From a virus (Duplodnaviria; Caudoviricetes): DNA of 43,403 nt. Location of the stretch: IMG/VR virus record IMGVR_UViG_3300020181_000004, positions 1-43,403 of that record. One strand, given 5' to 3'. The position numbers were made by a program, and so were the translations under genes. Position 1 is the first letter of the stretch, and each line of letters begins with the position of its first letter. This document shows positions 1 through 9,397 of this stretch, one piece after another. The notes below the pieces were generated by a model that searched no databases, was not told the origin of the DNA, and saw only the letters and a program-made list of their open reading frames with translations.

Positions 1-127
1 CATCGAATCTCGGCCCGGCTGGGCGCGTGAACTCAAAGGCGAGGGCTGGGAAATGCTCCAACTGATAATCCGGAAGGCGTTGTAATGGGGCTTTCAACCA
101 AGAAAACCACGTCCAAGACGAACCAGA
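1..127 (+). repeat. 127-bp terminal overlap, copy 1 (circular assembly overlap)
   Basis: Identical to 43277-43403; cuts through two coding genes. Confidence 0.97.
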
Positions 128-1758
128 CGCAGAACGAAACTGCGACCACGACGCCGAACAACCCGTCGTGGGTCACTGGCCCGATGCAGAACCTTGTCGG
201 CAAGATCGACCAGCTCGGCAACATGGACCCGCAGAGCTTCGTCGCCGGCCCCTCACAGCTTCAGCAGCAGGCTTTCCAGCAGGCCGGGAACCTCGGCGGA
301 TGGCAAACGGGCAACCAACAGGCGCAGAGCCTCGCCTTGCAAGCCGCGGGCGGGGGTCCGAACCTCGCACAGTCGACTGGCTACACTGCTCCGACGATCC
401 AGGGCGCAACGCTCGGCAGTCCTACTCTCGCTTCGACCACAGGCTATACGCCTCAGCAGATGGTGGCGGCGCAGACTGGGCCTGCGCAGAGCTACAACGC
501 GAACCTCGTCAATGCTCCGCAGCTGGGCAATGCGAACACCTATCAGGCCACGACGGGAACGGCTGCAGGTGTAGGACGGGCAGCACAGGCGCAGGCTCAA
601 CAGGCACAGGCCTCAACCGCCGCTCAGTTCATGGACGCCTATCGCAATCCCTATCAACAGCAGGTCGTGGACAGCTATCTGGCTGACTTCGATGCGAACG
701 CTGGTCGTGCGCAGGCTCAGCAGGCGGCGCAGGCGGCTCGCAATGGTGCATTTGGCGGCTCGCGCTATGGGATCGCTGAAGGGGCTCTAGGCGGTGAGCT
801 AGCTCGCGCTCGCGCATCCGGTCTGGGCGGTATTCTCCAGCAAGGCTTCAACACTGCAGCAGCCCTTGGCGGCGAGGATGCGTCTCGAGCAACGTCAACC
901 TCAGGTCTGAACGCACAGCTCGGCACGCAGACAAGCCAGTTCAATGCCGGCGAGCAGAACCAGAACGCCCGCCTCAGCGCTCAACTCCGCACGCAGGCCA
1001 ACCTCGCCAATGCAGGCTTCCAGAACGAGGCTGGGCAGTTCAACGCCGGCGCCCGCAACAACTTCGCCCTCACTGGTGCGCAGATGGGCCTACAGGCTGG
1101 CTTGGCGAACTCCGATGCATCCAATCGGGCGGCAGAGTTCGGAGCCAACGCCACCAACAACTTCGCGCTTCAGAACGCGAACTTCTCCCAGCAGGCCAAT
1201 GCAGCGAACACCGATGCTTCAAACCGTGCATCCGAGTTTGGCGCGAACTGGCAAAATCAGGCAGGTATGGCGAACACCGATGCGGCCAACAACTTCGCCC
1301 TCCAGAGGTTCGGGGCCGAGAACCAGCGCGGGCTTGCACAGGCCGATCTTAATGCCGCGGCTTCGCAGTTCGGCGCAAATGCGTTCAACCAGAACCAGCA
1401 GTTCAATGCTGGCCAGGGTGACACAGCCGCGTCGCGCAGGCTCCAGGCGGCGGGCCTTCTTGGGGATCTGGCGAATAGCGCGGGTTCAAACACTCTCAAC
1501 GACATAGCCCTTCAAGCCAATCTCGGAAGCCAGCAGCAGCAGCTTGCCCAAGCCCAGCGGCTTGCCCCGCTCGCCCAGCTTCAGGCGATGGCGCAGCTCT
1601 ACGGCGGGCTACCTCTCAATATGTTCGGCGGACAGACCGTGACGGGCAATTCGAGCATGAACGGCACGAACACCGAGAAGAGTAGCGGCGGACTGTTCAA
1701 CTCGCTGCTGGGGCTGGGAAGCCTCATTCCGTTCCAAGGAGGGATTAAGCTGTCATGA
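85..1758 (+). CDS. DNA ejection (internal virion/pilot) protein, Q/N/A/G-rich
   Basis: 557 aa; N-terminal T/K-rich stretch; YRNPYQQQVV and GAFGGSR motifs typical of podophage ejection proteins; follows the tail genes. Confidence 0.75.
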   Translation: MGLSTKKTTSKTNQTQNETATTTPNNPSWVTGPMQNLVGKIDQLGNMDPQSFVAGPSQLQQQAFQQAGNLGGWQTGNQQAQSLALQAAGGGPNLAQSTGYTAPTIQGATLGSPTLASTTGYTPQQMVAAQTGPAQSYNANLVNAPQLGNANTYQATTGTAAGVGRAAQAQAQQAQASTAAQFMDAYRNPYQQQVVDSYLADFDANAGRAQAQQAAQAARNGAFGGSRYGIAEGALGGELARARASGLGGILQQGFNTAAALGGEDASRATSTSGLNAQLGTQTSQFNAGEQNQNARLSAQLRTQANLANAGFQNEAGQFNAGARNNFALTGAQMGLQAGLANSDASNRAAEFGANATNNFALQNANFSQQANAANTDASNRASEFGANWQNQAGMANTDAANNFALQRFGAENQRGLAQADLNAAASQFGANAFNQNQQFNAGQGDTAASRRLQAAGLLGDLANSAGSNTLNDIALQANLGSQQQQLAQAQRLAPLAQLQAMAQLYGGLPLNMFGGQTVTGNSSMNGTNTEKSSGGLFNSLLGLGSLIPFQGGIKLS

Positions 1759-2474
1759 GTATGTTCGGCTCCCGCAAGGGCGGCGGTGGGTTCTTTGGCC
1801 CTGATATGATGAGCCGCTTTGCGCGCGCACAGGCGCTTACGCAGGGTGACTATGGTGCCGCTGCCGGCATCACCGCCGATATGCAGCGCAATTCCATCAT
1901 GCGCGAGCGTGCGGAACGTGAGCAGGCGGAAGCTCTCCAGCAGGAGCTAAGCCTCCGCTCTAGCTTGGAGATGGAGGGCTATCCGAGCCACGTCATCGAT
2001 GGCATCATGGCTGATCCCAAGCAAGTCTCAGCGCTGATGGTGTCCAAGTATCAGACGCGGCAAGGTGGGGCTGAAGGCCTGACCGTGGGCGGCATTGATC
2101 CCACCACGGGGCAGCTCCGCACCCAGACCTCTGCTGGCTGGCATAATGGCGACTATTTCGGTGCGAGCAACGGCTCGGGAGCCCCTGAAAGGCTGTATCA
2201 GGGCGAGAAGGTCATGCCAGTGGCGCCGGGAGGCTATCTCGGTGTCTACGGCGGGCCGCAAGCATCGGCGGGAGGAATGGGCGGAGGGACACCACCGGCA
2301 CCCCCTGCTGCGGCCGCTCCCAGCGCTAGTCCTCGCCCTGGCACGGTCGAAGACGGCTATCGCTTCAAAGGCGGTAATCCCGCTGATCCGAATGCTTGGG
2401 AACCGGTAGGAGGTGCGGGGCCAGCAGTGGCCTCGCGCACCTTTCGCAGACCCTCTGGCCTTTTCGGCAGGTAG
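1755..2474 (+). CDS. Second DNA ejection protein
   Basis: 239 aa; ATGA overlap; GGAGG RBS; C-terminal [17 protein letters not shown] motif; lies between two ejection-type genes. Confidence 0.65.
   Translation: MSMFGSRKGGGGFFGPDMMSRFARAQALTQGDYGAAAGITADMQRNSIMRERAEREQAEALQQELSLRSSLEMEGYPSHVIDGIMADPKQVSALMVSKYQTRQGGAEGLTVGGIDPTTGQLRTQTSAGWHNGDYFGASNGSGAPERLYQGEKVMPVAPGGYLGVYGGPQASAGGMGGGTPPAPPAAAAPSASPRPGTVEDGYRFKGGNPADPNAWEPVGGAGPAVASRTFRRPSGLFGR
2409..2447 (+). promoter_or_regulatory. Hairpin plus TTT_C slippery site, candidate +1 ribosomal frameshift signal
   Basis: AGGTGCG(2411-17)/CGCACCT(2436-42) and GGGCCA/TGGCCT stems end at ACC_TTT_CGC; the +1 frame is the peptidase ORF. Confidence 0.55.
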
Positions 2475-2727
2475 GCTCACGAGCGGACGCAGAACCGTTG
2501 CTGGGAATAAGTTAGTCGGTGGGGTGTCGAACTCAGCCCACCTTCGTGGGGATGCAGTTGATTATGCGGGCGGCGACCTGAACCGTATCTCCAGTGCAGC
2601 TCGAAACTATTTCGGCCCCGGCGCCAAGGTGCTGCGAGAGTCCGACCACGTACATGTTGAGCTGCCAGGTTATGGCCGCGTCCCTTATTACGGGAAGCGC
2701 GGCATCTTTGGATTGAGAGGACGATAG
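2413..2727 (+). CDS. Peptidase M15 (D-Ala-D-Ala carboxypeptidase-like Zn peptidase), virion peptidoglycan hydrolase; possibly made only as a frameshift fusion
   Basis: TSGRR...[15 protein letters not shown]...SDHVHVE gives the SxHxxGxAxD and HxH motifs. Confidence 0.85.
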   Translation: MRGQQWPRAPFADPLAFSAGRLTSGRRTVAGNKLVGGVSNSAHLRGDAVDYAGGDLNRISSAARNYFGPGAKVLRESDHVHVELPGYGRVPYYGKRGIFGLRGR

Positions 2728-5418
2728 ATGCCAGCACCTTGGGAGCGCTATGGTGGCCAGTCGAATGGCGGCATTCGCTACATTCCCGGTCCTCCCGTCG
2801 ATCCTGAAGAGCAGGAGCGCGAGCGGCTTGCGCGCGAGAACGCAGCTCTCCAGGCGGCGAACTCGCGTGCCAACCTTGGGCAAGCTCCGTTGGATGCTCA
2901 AATCAAGGCGCTGGGCATTGACGCCGCCCGGCGCGCTCCTGCCGAGAAGGCTTTCGACAACGAGGCATCATTCCGCAAGGAGTTCAGCGCGCGCCCTGAG
3001 GTGGCGAACTACGGGACCATTCTCCCGCAATATACGAGCGCCATCCAGGCGGGGAACAACAAGGCCGGCGACCTCAACCTCGTAAATGCCTTCGCCAAGA
3101 TTCTCGATCCGAACTCGGTGGTTCGTGAGGGCGAGGTTGCGATGGCCAGCAGCGTTGGCGGCGCCAAGGAGCAAATCAAGGGCTACCTGGCAGCAATCAC
3201 GGGCAAAGGTGGCCTCACGCCCGACCAGCGCGCCGAGATCATGGGTGAAATCCGCACCCGCGGTTCGCAGGCAGCCGACGCCTATAATCTGACCCGCCGC
3301 AACTACACTGGCATGGCGCAGGAGTACGGCATCCCGTCTTCGAGGATCGTTGGCCCTCATCTCGCCACGCCGTACCAGCAGGTGGAGGCCAACTTCCTTC
3401 AGAGGCCCGTTCGCAATCTCGACAACACTGCTGGCGCTGTTCCGAACACGGGCAACTATCAGGAGATTCTGCGCTCCACGCTTTCGGACCCGCGGCTTCC
3501 GCCTGAGCAGCGCCTTTCCGCAGCTCGGCAGGTGGCGCAGCGCTTCGGGCGCCCCTTCGATGAGGCACAGGCGCTTAACGCTATCCGCACAGGCGCTCCT
3601 ATCCGCTTCGAGGAAGACCCGTCTCTCGCGCAGCCCTCCCAAGGTCAGGGCGGCGGGCTCATCAATTCCCTTGCTCAGTCCTTCCAGAATACTGCGGCGG
3701 GCGTGGGACAGGGGCTAGCCAGTCTTCCAGATGCGGCAGCAACCGCAGTAGGGGCGACCCTGGGGGTCGCTGCGGATGCTATTCCCGGCGTCCCTGAGTG
3801 GGTTTCCGATCGCCTGAAGAACCCCTTCACGATCGGCGGAGCGATCGAGCGCGCGTCCCCCACCTCGCAGGCGCCTGGTGGCCAGGTTGCCCGCTTCGGT
3901 GCGCAGCTTCTCGGCGGCTTCGCAGGAACGCCGCAGAGCCTCGTGAACAACGTCGTCAACCGCGTGGCTGGGCAGGTACCCGCTGGCTTTGCTGGAGTGA
4001 CACGCCCACCCGCGTCAGTTGAGGCGGCACAGGCTGCTCGCGATCTGGGTGTTAGGATGCCGCGCTTCGTGGCTGGCGGTCCTACGTCACAGCGCCTTGC
4101 CTCCGCTGCTGAGCAGACACCGTTCGGAGCGCCGATCATCGGCCGCGCCACGGAAACGATGATCAACGACGCGCAGCGTGCCCGTGACGTCCTTGCCTCT
4201 CGCGTAGGGGAGGCGGGCGAACTTGAAACTGCCGGCGAGGCGGCAATCCGTGGAGGCAGCAACTTCCTCACGCAGAGCGGAGCCAGGGCCGATCGCCTCT
4301 ATGGCCGTGCAGAGAAGCTGACTGGCGACGTTCGCATCCCGCTCAATAACGCCAAGGCGGCACTAGATCAGCAGATCGCCGAACTTGCCGACACTCCCGG
4401 CGTCGTCCCGCAGATGCTCAACACGCTGACGAGCCTCAGGGGCCGCATCGACGGAGAATGGACGCCTGCGAGCATTCGCCGGATGCGGACTATCCTCTCC
4501 AACCAGTTCGTGGACGCAGGAATGCAGCCTGGAGACGCTTCCCGCCGCGCTCGCATGGTCGTTGATGCAGCTGAGGACGACATGGTTGCCGGCCTCCGTG
4601 CTGCGGGTAAGGGCGGAGCTGCAAAGGCATGGCAGGACGCTTCCAAATTCTACCGGACCCGCGCTCAGCAGATTGAGGAGACGCTTGCTCCGATCCTTGG
4701 AGCCAACAACGACAAGACTGGCGCTGAGGTGGCACGTTCCCTCATGTCGAATGCCCGAGGCAACGGACCCCGCCTAGCCAACTTCCTCAAGGAAATACCC
4801 GCGGAAGAGGCTGGCTCGATCCGCGCCTCGATTATCAACCAGCTTGGTCGTTCGAACGCTGGGCAGCAGAACGCGGCAGGTGATGCCTTCTCGCTCGATA
4901 CGTTCCTGACGCATTGGGATCAGCTCAAGAGTTCGCGCAACCTCATCTTCGACCCTGAGACGAGGGCAGGGCTGAACATGCTGGCGCAGGTTGCCGATCG
5001 CGCGAAGGCCGCTGGCCGCACTCGCAACAACTCGAATACCGGCACCCCTATAGCTGCTATCGCGACCGCAGTTCCCGGTATCAGCGGCGCAACTGCTTTC
5101 GCCATGGGTTCACCGGCAGCGGCTGCGACCGGCTTTCTGGCGATGGCAGCGGGGGCGCTTGCCCAGTCAGGTGGCGCACGGCTCCTTGCGTCTCCTGGGT
5201 TTGCACGTAAGCTCGCACAGACGCCGGCTAGTGCGGTCGCCGCTCAGCGCTTCTGGTCATCTCCTTGGGTGCGCCAGATGGCGCGGGCGAACCCGGCGGT
5301 GGCGAATGATCTGGACACCTTCCAGCAAAGCATCTTGCAGGGACTGAACAGCAACGTGGTTACGCGAGCGGCAGCATCACCCGACGCCGAACGCGACCAG
5401 TATGGCTATTCCCGCTAA
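2728..5418 (+). CDS. Large DNA ejection protein (P22 gp16 position)
   Basis: 896 aa, Ala-rich and helical; N-terminal PWERY; DPNSVVREGE motif; last gene of the virion module. Confidence 0.75.
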   Translation: MPAPWERYGGQSNGGIRYIPGPPVDPEEQERERLARENAALQAANSRANLGQAPLDAQIKALGIDAARRAPAEKAFDNEASFRKEFSARPEVANYGTILPQYTSAIQAGNNKAGDLNLVNAFAKILDPNSVVREGEVAMASSVGGAKEQIKGYLAAITGKGGLTPDQRAEIMGEIRTRGSQAADAYNLTRRNYTGMAQEYGIPSSRIVGPHLATPYQQVEANFLQRPVRNLDNTAGAVPNTGNYQEILRSTLSDPRLPPEQRLSAARQVAQRFGRPFDEAQALNAIRTGAPIRFEEDPSLAQPSQGQGGGLINSLAQSFQNTAAGVGQGLASLPDAAATAVGATLGVAADAIPGVPEWVSDRLKNPFTIGGAIERASPTSQAPGGQVARFGAQLLGGFAGTPQSLVNNVVNRVAGQVPAGFAGVTRPPASVEAAQAARDLGVRMPRFVAGGPTSQRLASAAEQTPFGAPIIGRATETMINDAQRARDVLASRVGEAGELETAGEAAIRGGSNFLTQSGARADRLYGRAEKLTGDVRIPLNNAKAALDQQIAELADTPGVVPQMLNTLTSLRGRIDGEWTPASIRRMRTILSNQFVDAGMQPGDASRRARMVVDAAEDDMVAGLRAAGKGGAAKAWQDASKFYRTRAQQIEETLAPILGANNDKTGAEVARSLMSNARGNGPRLANFLKEIPAEEAGSIRASIINQLGRSNAGQQNAAGDAFSLDTFLTHWDQLKSSRNLIFDPETRAGLNMLAQVADRAKAAGRTRNNSNTGTPIAAIATAVPGISGATAFAMGSPAAAATGFLAMAAGALAQSGGARLLASPGFARKLAQTPASAVAAQRFWSSPWVRQMARANPAVANDLDTFQQSILQGLNSNVVTRAAASPDAERDQYGYSR

Positions 5419-5496
5419 ACAGCTCAGGCGCATCCATCGCTTCGGCACGAGCCAGTAAATCAGCCCGAGAGCTATTAGGACGTGCCAGACCTTCAC
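5377..5496 (-). CDS. 39-aa two-helix membrane peptide (not in ORF track)
   Basis: GTG-start ORF MKVWHVLIALGLIYWLVPKRWMRLSCLAGIAILVAFGVG, 15 nt after the secreted-protein gene; no clear RBS. Confidence 0.45.
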   Translation of the reverse strand: MKVWHVLIALGLIYWLVPKRWMRLSCLAGIAILVAFGVG

Positions 5497-5511
5497 CGAG
5501 CTAAGGTGTCG

Positions 5512-5871
5512 TCAATAGCTCGAGCAGCGGGTATTCCCGAACATATCCGTCCTGCAGCGCGTAGTGGTCCCATCGTCGCTGCGGAAGCGGGTATTCCCGA
5601 AGGCGTCCGTGGTGCCGCGAGTTGTGTTGCCATCGTTGTCGCGTAGCCGGATGTTCCCATAAGGATCGATCCTGCCGCGAGCGGTGGTTTCGCCGTTATT
5701 GCGGATGCGGACGTTGCCGTAAGGATCGACCGATCCCTGGGTGGTGTTGCCGTACATGTCACGGCAGCGCGAGTTGCCGAACATGTCCGTAGTGCAACGA
5801 GCGCTTTGCGCTTGGGCACTTGTGGTGACAATCATGCCTATCGCGAAAAGAGCTAGCTTCTTCATCTGCAT
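5512..5871 (-). CDS. Secreted beta-hairpin repeat protein (moron)
   Basis: Signal peptide MKKLALFAIGMIVTTSAQA; repeated DxYGN/DxFGN units; terminal Cys pairs. Confidence 0.75.
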   Translation of the reverse strand: MQMKKLALFAIGMIVTTSAQAQSARCTTDMFGNSRCRDMYGNTTQGSVDPYGNVRIRNNGETTARGRIDPYGNIRLRDNDGNTTRGTTDAFGNTRFRSDDGTTTRCRTDMFGNTRCSSY

Positions 5872-5948
5872 CCCCTGTTGAACCGGGGAAGATACGCTTT
5901 TTTAGCCCCAACATCAACGTCAGGAAACCGCATGACCCTGCGAACCCT

Positions 5949-6401
5949 TTGCCGCGGGCTGCGTCCGTGACGCTGCTGCTCGAAACGTGGCTCCGCTACA
6001 GCAGCCTCATCAATGGCACGCTCTTGCTCGGCATCCTTGCTCTGCTGCTGCGCTACTGGATTCAATCCCGGCGCCTGCGGATCGAGGAACGGAAGAACGA
6101 TCGCGACGGATATGGCGATCTGATCGATCGGCTAGAGAGGCGGATCGAGGGCTGCGAGCATGAGGCGATCGCTGCCAAAGAGGCAGCCGCACAGGCCAAG
6201 GCAACAGCGCTGGCGATGAAGGGCATTGTCCTGCGCCTGCACTCGCTCGTGCATCTCCTGCAGACCGAGCTCGAGCGCATCGATCCCGAAAGCGAAATCC
6301 TGAAGAACGCCAGGATGATGCTGCAACACATCTACCGCGACATCGAAATGATCCCCGGCGACGGCGTGGAGCCCCTTCAGGACATGGTGAGGAAGATATG
6401 A
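5949..6401 (+). CDS. Membrane-anchored coiled-coil protein at the head of the lysis cassette
   Basis: One TM segment (GTLLLGILALLL) then coiled coil; overlaps the endolysin start; start uncertain. Confidence 0.6.
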   Translation: MPRAASVTLLLETWLRYSSLINGTLLLGILALLLRYWIQSRRLRIEERKNDRDGYGDLIDRLERRIEGCEHEAIAAKEAAAQAKATALAMKGIVLRLHSLVHLLQTELERIDPESEILKNARMMLQHIYRDIEMIPGDGVEPLQDMVRKI

Positions 6402-6985
6402 GCCCAGAGGAAGCCAAGCGTCTACAGACGCGATTAGGCGTGCCAGCAGACGGCATTATTGGTAGAGGCACACTGAAGGCCTTGTTCCAGAAAGCAGGGG
6501 CGGCTCCGGAAAGGGCCGCCTCTCTTGCATTGGGGGCCAATGTCCATTTCCCGACGCATCACATCATGGACACGCCGCTACGGCTTGCTCACTTCATGGC
6601 GCAGGTTGGGCATGAGAGCGGCGGTTTCCGCTACATGGAAGAGATCGCTTCTGGCTCGGCTTACGAGGGCCGGAAGGATCTGGGCAACGTCATCGCGGGC
6701 GATGGACGGCGCTACAAGGGCAGGGGGCCGCTACAGCTAACAGGCAGGGCCAACTACCACCGCGTCGGCTGCATGATCGGCATCGACCTGGAGAGCAACC
6801 CTGAGCTGGCGGCCATTCCCTCGATCGGCATCCTGATAGCCTGCGTCTACTGGACCGACCGCGACCTCAACAAGCTTGCCGACAGAGACGACGTGGAAGC
6901 TGTGACCCGCAAGGTAAACGGCGGCTTCAACGGCTTGGGTGATCGCAAGGACCGGCTCCAGAAGATGAAGGAGCTGATGCTGTGA
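6398..6985 (+). CDS. Endolysin, glycoside hydrolase family 19, with N-terminal PG-binding motif
   Basis: LQTRLGVPADGIIGRGT; LAHFMAQVGHESGG; YKGRGPLQLTGRANY; TRKVNGGFNGL. Confidence 0.93.
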   Translation: MSPEEAKRLQTRLGVPADGIIGRGTLKALFQKAGAAPERAASLALGANVHFPTHHIMDTPLRLAHFMAQVGHESGGFRYMEEIASGSAYEGRKDLGNVIAGDGRRYKGRGPLQLTGRANYHRVGCMIGIDLESNPELAAIPSIGILIACVYWTDRDLNKLADRDDVEAVTRKVNGGFNGLGDRKDRLQKMKELML

Positions 6986-7254
6986 GTGACGATCAACTCG
7001 TCGCCGCTCCTCCCAAGGAAGGCTCCCTCTACCGCGCCATCATGGGCTTCGTGGCTCTTGCTGGCGGCCTTGGTGGCTTGGCAGGCCTCTACTTCATCAA
7101 AGTGCCGGCGGGGAATGAGGACGCCCTCATGCTCGCCCTGGGCCTGGTGCTTGGCTGGGGTGGGACCGTCATCTCCTACGAGTTCGGCAGCTCTCCATCG
7201 GGACGCAAGGCGGCCGAGGCAGGGCTTCGCAAGCCACAGGAGCAGCAGCCATGA
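6982..7254 (+). CDS. Holin
   Basis: 90 aa, two TM segments, YEFGSS motif, directly after the endolysin. Confidence 0.75.
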   Translation: MSDDQLVAAPPKEGSLYRAIMGFVALAGGLGGLAGLYFIKVPAGNEDALMLALGLVLGWGGTVISYEFGSSPSGRKAAEAGLRKPQEQQP

Positions 7255-7745
7255 TCCCGATCCGCGTCCGCGAGCACAAGAACGGTAGCGCCAACGCTTC
7301 GAACAGCTTCGTCGGCATCAGCATCTGGAAAGGCGCTCCTAACTTCGCTGCTGTGCTTGCCCAGGAACGTTACGAGTGGATGTTCAAGTGGAAGCTGGCG
7401 CTCGCCATGCTGCCTCTGGCGCTGGTGGTCGGCTACTTCACCCATTGGGCAGTCAGTCCCGTCATCTTTGCCTTCTCGATGCTGATCAGCCGCATTCCCT
7501 CGCTCCTGAGGCGCATGGAACTGCGAGGTCACGCGATCGAGGTTGCCGTTGCTCACAAGTTCTACGGAGTCCCTCTGGAGGTCCATGAGCAGAGCGAGGC
7601 GAGGGCGATGTTCTACGGCTACGGCGGGCTGTTCAAGAGCATGGGATCTGACACCGTAGCGGGCGAGCTGAAGAAGCTGCGTGGCTGGGCGAATGAGTGG
7701 GTCGATGAACATGCCGACGTGATCCGCCAGGACATGAAGCGGTGA
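7251..7745 (+). CDS. Hypothetical membrane protein
   Basis: 164 aa, central hydrophobic hairpin, translationally coupled. Confidence 0.65.
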   Translation: MIPIRVREHKNGSANASNSFVGISIWKGAPNFAAVLAQERYEWMFKWKLALAMLPLALVVGYFTHWAVSPVIFAFSMLISRIPSLLRRMELRGHAIEVAVAHKFYGVPLEVHEQSEARAMFYGYGGLFKSMGSDTVAGELKKLRGWANEWVDEHADVIRQDMKR

Positions 7746-8134
7746 TCGAACTCAGATACGCGACGGTCTCTTACACTGAGAACGGATGCGTAAGCTGGTT
7801 CAAGGACGGGAAGTTCTGGGGAGCCCATCCCCACGATACCCACCACTATGCGGTTATTGCCCATCGCTGCGGCTATGGTGACGACCTGCTAGCTTACTGC
7901 CGGGAGCATGAGGTTTGCCATCACCTAATCACGGAATGGCTCTACGACGGCCCTAGCCCGGTGATATGGGGCTTGGCGCACGGCGAAGAGATGCCCGCCT
8001 ATCACGCAGCGCTTGAGGAGATGGGCGCTCAGACGCTCCAGCGCTTCATTCGCGCCAACGAGCGGCCAATCATCGGCGGGGTCAACTGGGATGGCCTCAA
8101 GACCTACGCCCTCAGCAAACTGGAGGAAGCATGA
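7742..8134 (+). CDS. Hypothetical His-rich protein (HExxH-like REHEVCHH)
   Basis: 130 aa, GTGA coupling. Confidence 0.65.
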   Translation: MIELRYATVSYTENGCVSWFKDGKFWGAHPHDTHHYAVIAHRCGYGDDLLAYCREHEVCHHLITEWLYDGPSPVIWGLAHGEEMPAYHAALEEMGAQTLQRFIRANERPIIGGVNWDGLKTYALSKLEEA

Positions 8135-8235
8135 AGCGCTTCATCTATCGCTCGGCCGTCACTGGCCGCTTCGTGAGCAAGGCCTTTGCCGAGGCCAACC
8201 CAGCCATCACCATTCGTCAGGAGGTTCAGCGATGA
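8131..8235 (+). CDS. 34-aa protein with RSAVTGRFVS motif (not in ORF track)
   Basis: MKRFIYRSAVTGRFVSKAFAEANPAITIRQEVQR; GGAGG RBS; ATGA overlaps at both ends. Confidence 0.7.
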   Translation: MKRFIYRSAVTGRFVSKAFAEANPAITIRQEVQR

Positions 8236-8636
8236 TCGGCAATCTCTTTGCCTCAGTCGCCATGAAGGTGAGCGCCGGCATTATCGGCTTGCTGCTGATC
8301 TTTGCGGGCATCCAGTCCTATCGCCTATCAGAGCGGACAGAGGAGCGTGATCTTGCTCGAGCCGAGTTCCATACCGAGCAGGCCAAGCATGCCGTCTCCC
8401 TTGCGAGTATAGAGAGCCTGATGAAAGCGCTCTCCGAACAGAACCTGGCGATCCAAGGGCTGAAGGCGGATGCGGATCAGCGGGTGAAGGCGGCACAGGA
8501 GGCCCTAGGAGCTGCCAGAAGCGCCAACAATGCACAGGCGGGGCAGATAGACCGGCTACGCTCTAGCGCGTCTCAGAAGCCGTCTGACGAGCCATGTGAG
8601 GTGTCGGAGAAGTTGAAGGAGGCAACCGGCTTATGA
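8232..8636 (+). CDS. Inner-membrane spanin (Rz-like)
   Basis: Start reassigned to ATG 8232 (GGAGG RBS); N-terminal TM, coiled coil, C-terminal Cys. Confidence 0.8.
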   Translation: MIGNLFASVAMKVSAGIIGLLLIFAGIQSYRLSERTEERDLARAEFHTEQAKHAVSLASIESLMKALSEQNLAIQGLKADADQRVKAAQEALGAARSANNAQAGQIDRLRSSASQKPSDEPCEVSEKLKEATGL

Positions 8637-8941
8637 GAAGTTTAGGGACTTATAGCGTCATTCCCCTATGTCTCGCTAATCTTGCTATAACTGGCTGCGG
8701 CTACACATCCGAACCCGCAGTTCGCCTTGAGATCCAGCGCGTAGAGGTTCCCGTCCCTGTCGACTGCATCAATGCCGCCGACATTCCCGCAGTCGTTAAG
8801 TCGATGGACGAGGAATACGGGGCAGGGTGGAAAGAGCGGATGAGCGCTCCTCAGATTGCCGATGCGCTGGCGGCGAAGGTGCTGGAGCTGCGAGGATCGG
8901 ACAGGGAGTTTCGCGCACTCGTCTCAGGCTGCACTCGATAG
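8633..8941 (+). CDS. Outer-membrane spanin lipoprotein (Rz1-like)
   Basis: Lipobox LAITGC; VEVPVPVDC; C-terminal GC. Confidence 0.82.
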   Translation: MRSLGTYSVIPLCLANLAITGCGYTSEPAVRLEIQRVEVPVPVDCINAADIPAVVKSMDEEYGAGWKERMSAPQIADALAAKVLELRGSDREFRALVSGCTR

Positions 8942-8945
8942 CCGC

Positions 8946-9194
8946 TTATCCCCGCGGCGGCTCCATCGGAGCAGGCCTCAACGCCGCCTCCAACCTATCC
9001 AGAACCTCACCTGCATCCTGACGCTGTATCGTGGCTTCTCGTGTGTCCAGGGTATCGAATACCTCTCGTATGGCGTCTTCCATGCTTCCCTCTGGAGAGA
9101 TGCCCTTGCTTATGATGAGCATCGTCTTGTCGAGCTGATCGTATAGGTTGCGAAGGGAGGTTGTTGCTTCTCGCATTAGGCGGGGGTTGGTCAC
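8946..9194 (-). CDS. Hypothetical protein
   Basis: 82 aa, coupled to the upstream ORF, converges on the spanin. Confidence 0.55.
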   Translation of the reverse strand: MTNPRLMREATTSLRNLYDQLDKTMLIISKGISPEGSMEDAIREVFDTLDTREATIQRQDAGEVLDRLEAALRPAPMEPPRG

Positions 9195-9397
9195 TTCGTC
9201 ACGGCGCGGCGGATTAGGATCAGCTCAGCGAGCGCAAGGCTGGCAAGTATGAAGCCGAACGCCTCGATCACCTTATCCTCGTTCACCAGCCCGAACGCCA
9301 CCAAGATCAGCACTCCTGCGGCAAACAAGCGCAGGACGGGCACGAGGTGGTCCGTGAAAGCCTCGGTGAGCTCTTGTCTGAATGCGCGTAGCTTCAC
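9191..9397 (-). CDS. Small two-TM membrane protein
   Basis: 68 aa; GGAGG RBS before GTG; two hydrophobic segments. Confidence 0.65.
   Translation of the reverse strand: MKLRAFRQELTEAFTDHLVPVLRLFAAGVLILVAFGLVNEDKVIEAFGFILASLALAELILIRRAVTK

Noticed and set aside
2095-2412. Stop-codon readthrough from ORF 2095-2409 into the peptidase
   Set aside because: ORF 2095-2409 is an off-frame shadow of the ejection gene with a TTG start and implausible composition; one TAG gives no evidence for recoding.
2968-4735. Long antisense ORFs over structural genes (also 32073-32822 and similar)
   Set aside because: Typical shadow ORFs of GC-rich coding sequence, with no RBS, promoter or motif support.
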